From: a bacterium | GTDB lineage: Bacteria > UBA8248 | Direction of reading: 5' to 3' | Assembly (NCBI GenBank): GCA_965213625.1 | Contig: CBDBZU010000004.1 | Span: 3,648,001-3,712,000 of the forward strand | DNA: 64,000 bases | Shown: positions 61,159-64,000 of the stretch, piece by piece | Layout of the letters: each line of letters opens with the position of its first letter | Numbering within the stretch: position 1 is the first letter of the stretch | Notes under the pieces: model-generated | The model's database searches: none | What the model saw: only the letters and a program-made list of their open reading frames with translations | Told to the model about the DNA's origin: nothing | Program-made: the position numbers and the translations under genes

Positions 61159-61879
61159 CATCGTCGTCGACAACGTATCCGCTGGCTACGGCGCCGTGCG
61201 CGTGCTGCACGGGGTCTCCATCGAGGTGAACGACGGGGAGACCGTGGTGCTGCTCGGCACCAACGGCAACGGCAAGAGCACGCTCATCAAGTGCATTATG
61301 GGCATGGTCCAGCCCGATGAGGGCGCGATTTACTTAGAAGCCGACGGCGAGCGGATCGATCTGGCGGGCAAGAAACCCGAGGAGATCGTGAACCTGGGCG
61401 TCGCACTCGTGCCCGAGGGCAGGCGCCTGTTCCCGCGCCTCACAGTGGAGGAAAACCTTCTCCTGGGCGCCTACCGCGAAGAGGCCCGCCGCGGCATCGA
61501 CCGCAACCTCGCCTTCTCCTTCGAAGCCTTCCCGGTCCTCGCCGAGCGCAAGAACCAGCTCGCGGGCAGCATGAGCGGGGGCGAGCAGCAGATGCTGGCC
61601 GTGGCACGCGCGCTCATGTCCGCACCCAAAGTGCTCCTGGTGGATGAACCCTCCGTCGGCCTGGCGCCCATCCTCGTGAGCCGGGTGATCTCCAAGATCC
61701 GGGAACTGAAAGAAGAATACCAGCTCACCGTCCTCATGGCCGAGCAGAACTTCAATCAGGCGGTCAAGATAGCCGACAGGGGCTACATCATCGTCCACGG
61801 AGAGATAGCCTTCGCGGGCGAGAACACCGAAGCCTTGGTCGGCCACGAACTCGTGAAGAAATACTACCTCGGCGTGTGA
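61148..61879 (+). CDS. ABC ATPase (LivF-like)
   Basis: GTNGNGKST, VPEGRRLF, MSGGEQQ, DEPS; TTG start overlapping the LivG-like stop. Confidence 0.9.
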   Translation: MAHSIVVDNVSAGYGAVRVLHGVSIEVNDGETVVLLGTNGNGKSTLIKCIMGMVQPDEGAIYLEADGERIDLAGKKPEEIVNLGVALVPEGRRLFPRLTVEENLLLGAYREEARRGIDRNLAFSFEAFPVLAERKNQLAGSMSGGEQQMLAVARALMSAPKVLLVDEPSVGLAPILVSRVISKIRELKEEYQLTVLMAEQNFNQAVKIADRGYIIVHGEIAFAGENTEALVGHELVKKYYLGV

Positions 61880-61961
61880 GGCGGCGCGCAGCGCTTCGCC
61901 GCGCGAACCATCAGCTCCTCCTCTGCCTCACCGACCTATCCCGATAACTTAAAAGACGACT

Positions 61962-62399
61962 TTAATACCCCAAGTCCTTAGCGGGGGCATCTGAGGCTAC
62001 CTGTATGACGATGCCCTCGGTTTCATCGGGGTGCAGAAAGAGGATTTCATACCCTCTGGGGGTGTAGGTGCCAGGACCAAAGCCGTGGAGGAACTGGACG
62101 CCGCAATCGGTGAAATGCTTGCCCGCAGCGCCAGTATCGGGCGTCGAGAGCGCGATGTGCGAGAGGCAGGGGCCGCCGTTTCGCTCGAGCATCTTCGTGT
62201 AGAGGTTCTCCGGGTCATAGGGCTGCATGATCTCGATTTCCACGTCGCCCATCCGCAGGAACGTGGCATGCGCCCAGCCGGTATCGGCCACCTGCACGCG
62301 GTTCGGCTCGCAGCCGAGTTTTTCCTGAAACATCCTGGTCGTGTGCTCCATGTCGTCCGTGATGAGGCCCACATGGTGAATCTTCTTGAACATTTTCAT
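61962..62399 (-). CDS. VOC-family protein (methylmalonyl-CoA epimerase-like)
   Basis: IHHVGL, IEIMQP, SHIAL, FLHP...GIVIQ. Confidence 0.78.
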   Translation of the reverse strand: MKMFKKIHHVGLITDDMEHTTRMFQEKLGCEPNRVQVADTGWAHATFLRMGDVEIEIMQPYDPENLYTKMLERNGGPCLSHIALSTPDTGAAGKHFTDCGVQFLHGFGPGTYTPRGYEILFLHPDETEGIVIQVASDAPAKDLGY

Positions 62400-62567
62400 A
62401 CTCCTCGATTGATGATTGCTCTAAAAAGGCGTGTTGCGGAAAACTTTTTCCCACGTGCCGGGCATAAGAAACACACACGCCCCGGAATGTCAAAACTTCC
62501 CGATTTCACCCGCTCCTAACTTTTACTGCCCGAACAATAAAGCTGAAAATACCCCTTTTTCCACTTG

Positions 62568-62596
62568 TTGACACAGGAATAGCGAGATTCTATGAT
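62568..62596 (+). promoter_or_regulatory. Sigma70-type promoter
   Basis: TTGACA-17 nt-TATGAT upstream of the Tat-exported SBP gene. Confidence 0.65.
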
Positions 62597-62683
62597 CCTC
62601 GTATCGAATCATTATTAAAAGGGTATTGGCAGCAGCGCATGAAGCGTCTTCATGTCATTTCATCACCACAAGGAGGAGTATTC

Positions 62684-63970
62684 ATGAGTCGTTTGGATAG
62701 AAGAAAATTCCTGAAAGGTGCGGGCCTCATCGGCGGCATCGTCGCCGCGCAGACCGCGCCCCCCTTCCTGAGAGAGGGTCTCGGCGCCCGGCCGATTAAA
62801 TGGGGTTCCATCCACCCGACGACGGGCCCATACGCCACCGAGGCTTTCGACCAGGTGGAAGGCGTCAAGATCGCCATCGAGGACGTCAACAAGGAAGGCG
62901 GCGTGGACGGACGCGAAGTCAAGCTGCTCTTCCGCGACGACCAGTTCAAATGGGACCAGACCACCACGCACGCGCTCGACCTGATTGACAACCACCGGGT
63001 CGACTTCATTGCGGGCTCCATGGTCGGCCCCGAAGAAGTGCGCCTGAACGAGTTCTCCCGCAAGCGCAATATCATCTATGCGAACTACCCCCAGCACATC
63101 ATGTCCACCCCGGGGAACGCGAAGAAGATGTCGCCCCTGTTCTTCACAGCGAACACCACGCCATACCAGCTATGCGCGAGCTCGCTCACCTATATCGCCA
63201 AGAACAATTTAGGCAAAAAGATTCACTGCGTGTTCGACGACTACATCTGGCCCAAGATGTTCATCCCGGCATTCAACAAACTGACGAAGGACTTCAACCT
63301 CACATGGAACGCGAACAGCTCCGTCTCGTGGGTGCCCTTCCCGACCTCGATGGACTATTCCGCGACGTTCCCGAGAATCCTGAAAGAAAAGCCCGACATC
63401 GTCTACGCGCTCAACTGGGGACAGCGCCAGGTCGCCTTCGTCAAGCAGGCGCGCGAAGCCGGTCTCGACAAGAAGGTGAAGATCGTCCTTGGCGCCACCG
63501 AAATCACGATGCCCGAGGCCGCAGGCCCCGGTTCGTATGACGGCTTCAACGCGGCGATGATGTGGCACCCCTCTCTCGGAAGCAAGTACCCGGCCGCCAA
63601 GGCGCTGAACGACAAGTTCCTGGCGCGCCGCAAGCGTCCATGCTCGAGCTACGGAATGCTCGCCCACGACCTCACGCGTCTGATCCTGGACACGGCGAAA
63701 GAGACCAAGCTCTACAAGCGCCGTGATCACTTCAAGCTCGCGAAGGTGCTCGAAGGCAAGAAATTCCAGTACAGCAAGGGCGAGTGCCAGATTCGCCCCT
63801 GCGACCACGTCTGCATCTCGGAAGTGTTCGTGATGCGCGGAAAATCCAAGGCCGAGATGAAGGATAAATTCGACCACATCGAGGTCATCGGCTCCTCCAG
63901 CGGCGAAGGCAACACCGTCTCCTGCGAGGCGAAAGGCCTGAAAGAACCCGCCAGCGAGAGAAGGGCCTAG
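62684..63970 (+). CDS. Tat-exported ABC substrate-binding protein (Liv family)
   Basis: DRRKFLK twin-Arg motif, VNKEGGVDGREVKLLFRDD, IRPCDH; RBS AGGAGG. Confidence 0.85.
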   Translation: MSRLDRRKFLKGAGLIGGIVAAQTAPPFLREGLGARPIKWGSIHPTTGPYATEAFDQVEGVKIAIEDVNKEGGVDGREVKLLFRDDQFKWDQTTTHALDLIDNHRVDFIAGSMVGPEEVRLNEFSRKRNIIYANYPQHIMSTPGNAKKMSPLFFTANTTPYQLCASSLTYIAKNNLGKKIHCVFDDYIWPKMFIPAFNKLTKDFNLTWNANSSVSWVPFPTSMDYSATFPRILKEKPDIVYALNWGQRQVAFVKQAREAGLDKKVKIVLGATEITMPEAAGPGSYDGFNAAMMWHPSLGSKYPAAKALNDKFLARRKRPCSSYGMLAHDLTRLILDTAKETKLYKRRDHFKLAKVLEGKKFQYSKGECQIRPCDHVCISEVFVMRGKSKAEMKDKFDHIEVIGSSSGEGNTVSCEAKGLKEPASERRA

Positions 63971-64000
63971 GAAACGGCGCACGGAAGCGCCTTTGGAAAC

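Overview
GC-rich bacterial chromosomal segment, mostly heterotrophic and redox metabolism: acyl-CoA dehydrogenase, NadB/SdhA-like flavoprotein, queC, several alpha/beta hydrolases, LLM monooxygenase with FMN reductase, IlvD/Edd dehydratase, sdhCAB, aceEF, a TRAP transporter, a Liv-type ABC system, an autotransporter and tRNA-Asn(GTT). The strongest unexplained signals are: (1) three thioredoxin-fold genes that the ORF track splits or truncates at an in-frame TGA lying at the catalytic Cys position, each followed by a SECIS-like hairpin, i.e. probable selenoproteins (a DsbA/FrnE-like protein, an exported redoxin heading a cytochrome b / molybdoenzyme operon, and a glutaredoxin-DinB fusion); (2) a protein with an archaeal/eukaryotic ribosomal L13e-like domain at the end of a long acidic disordered arm, just downstream of the tRNA; (3) two 1520-bp IS1182-family copies inserted in the loops of C-run/G-run palindromes with 5-bp target duplications, plus non-autonomous elements with the same terminal repeats that enclose REP-like palindromes. 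No CRISPR array or rRNA was seen. All family assignments come from motif recognition by eye; no database searches were run.
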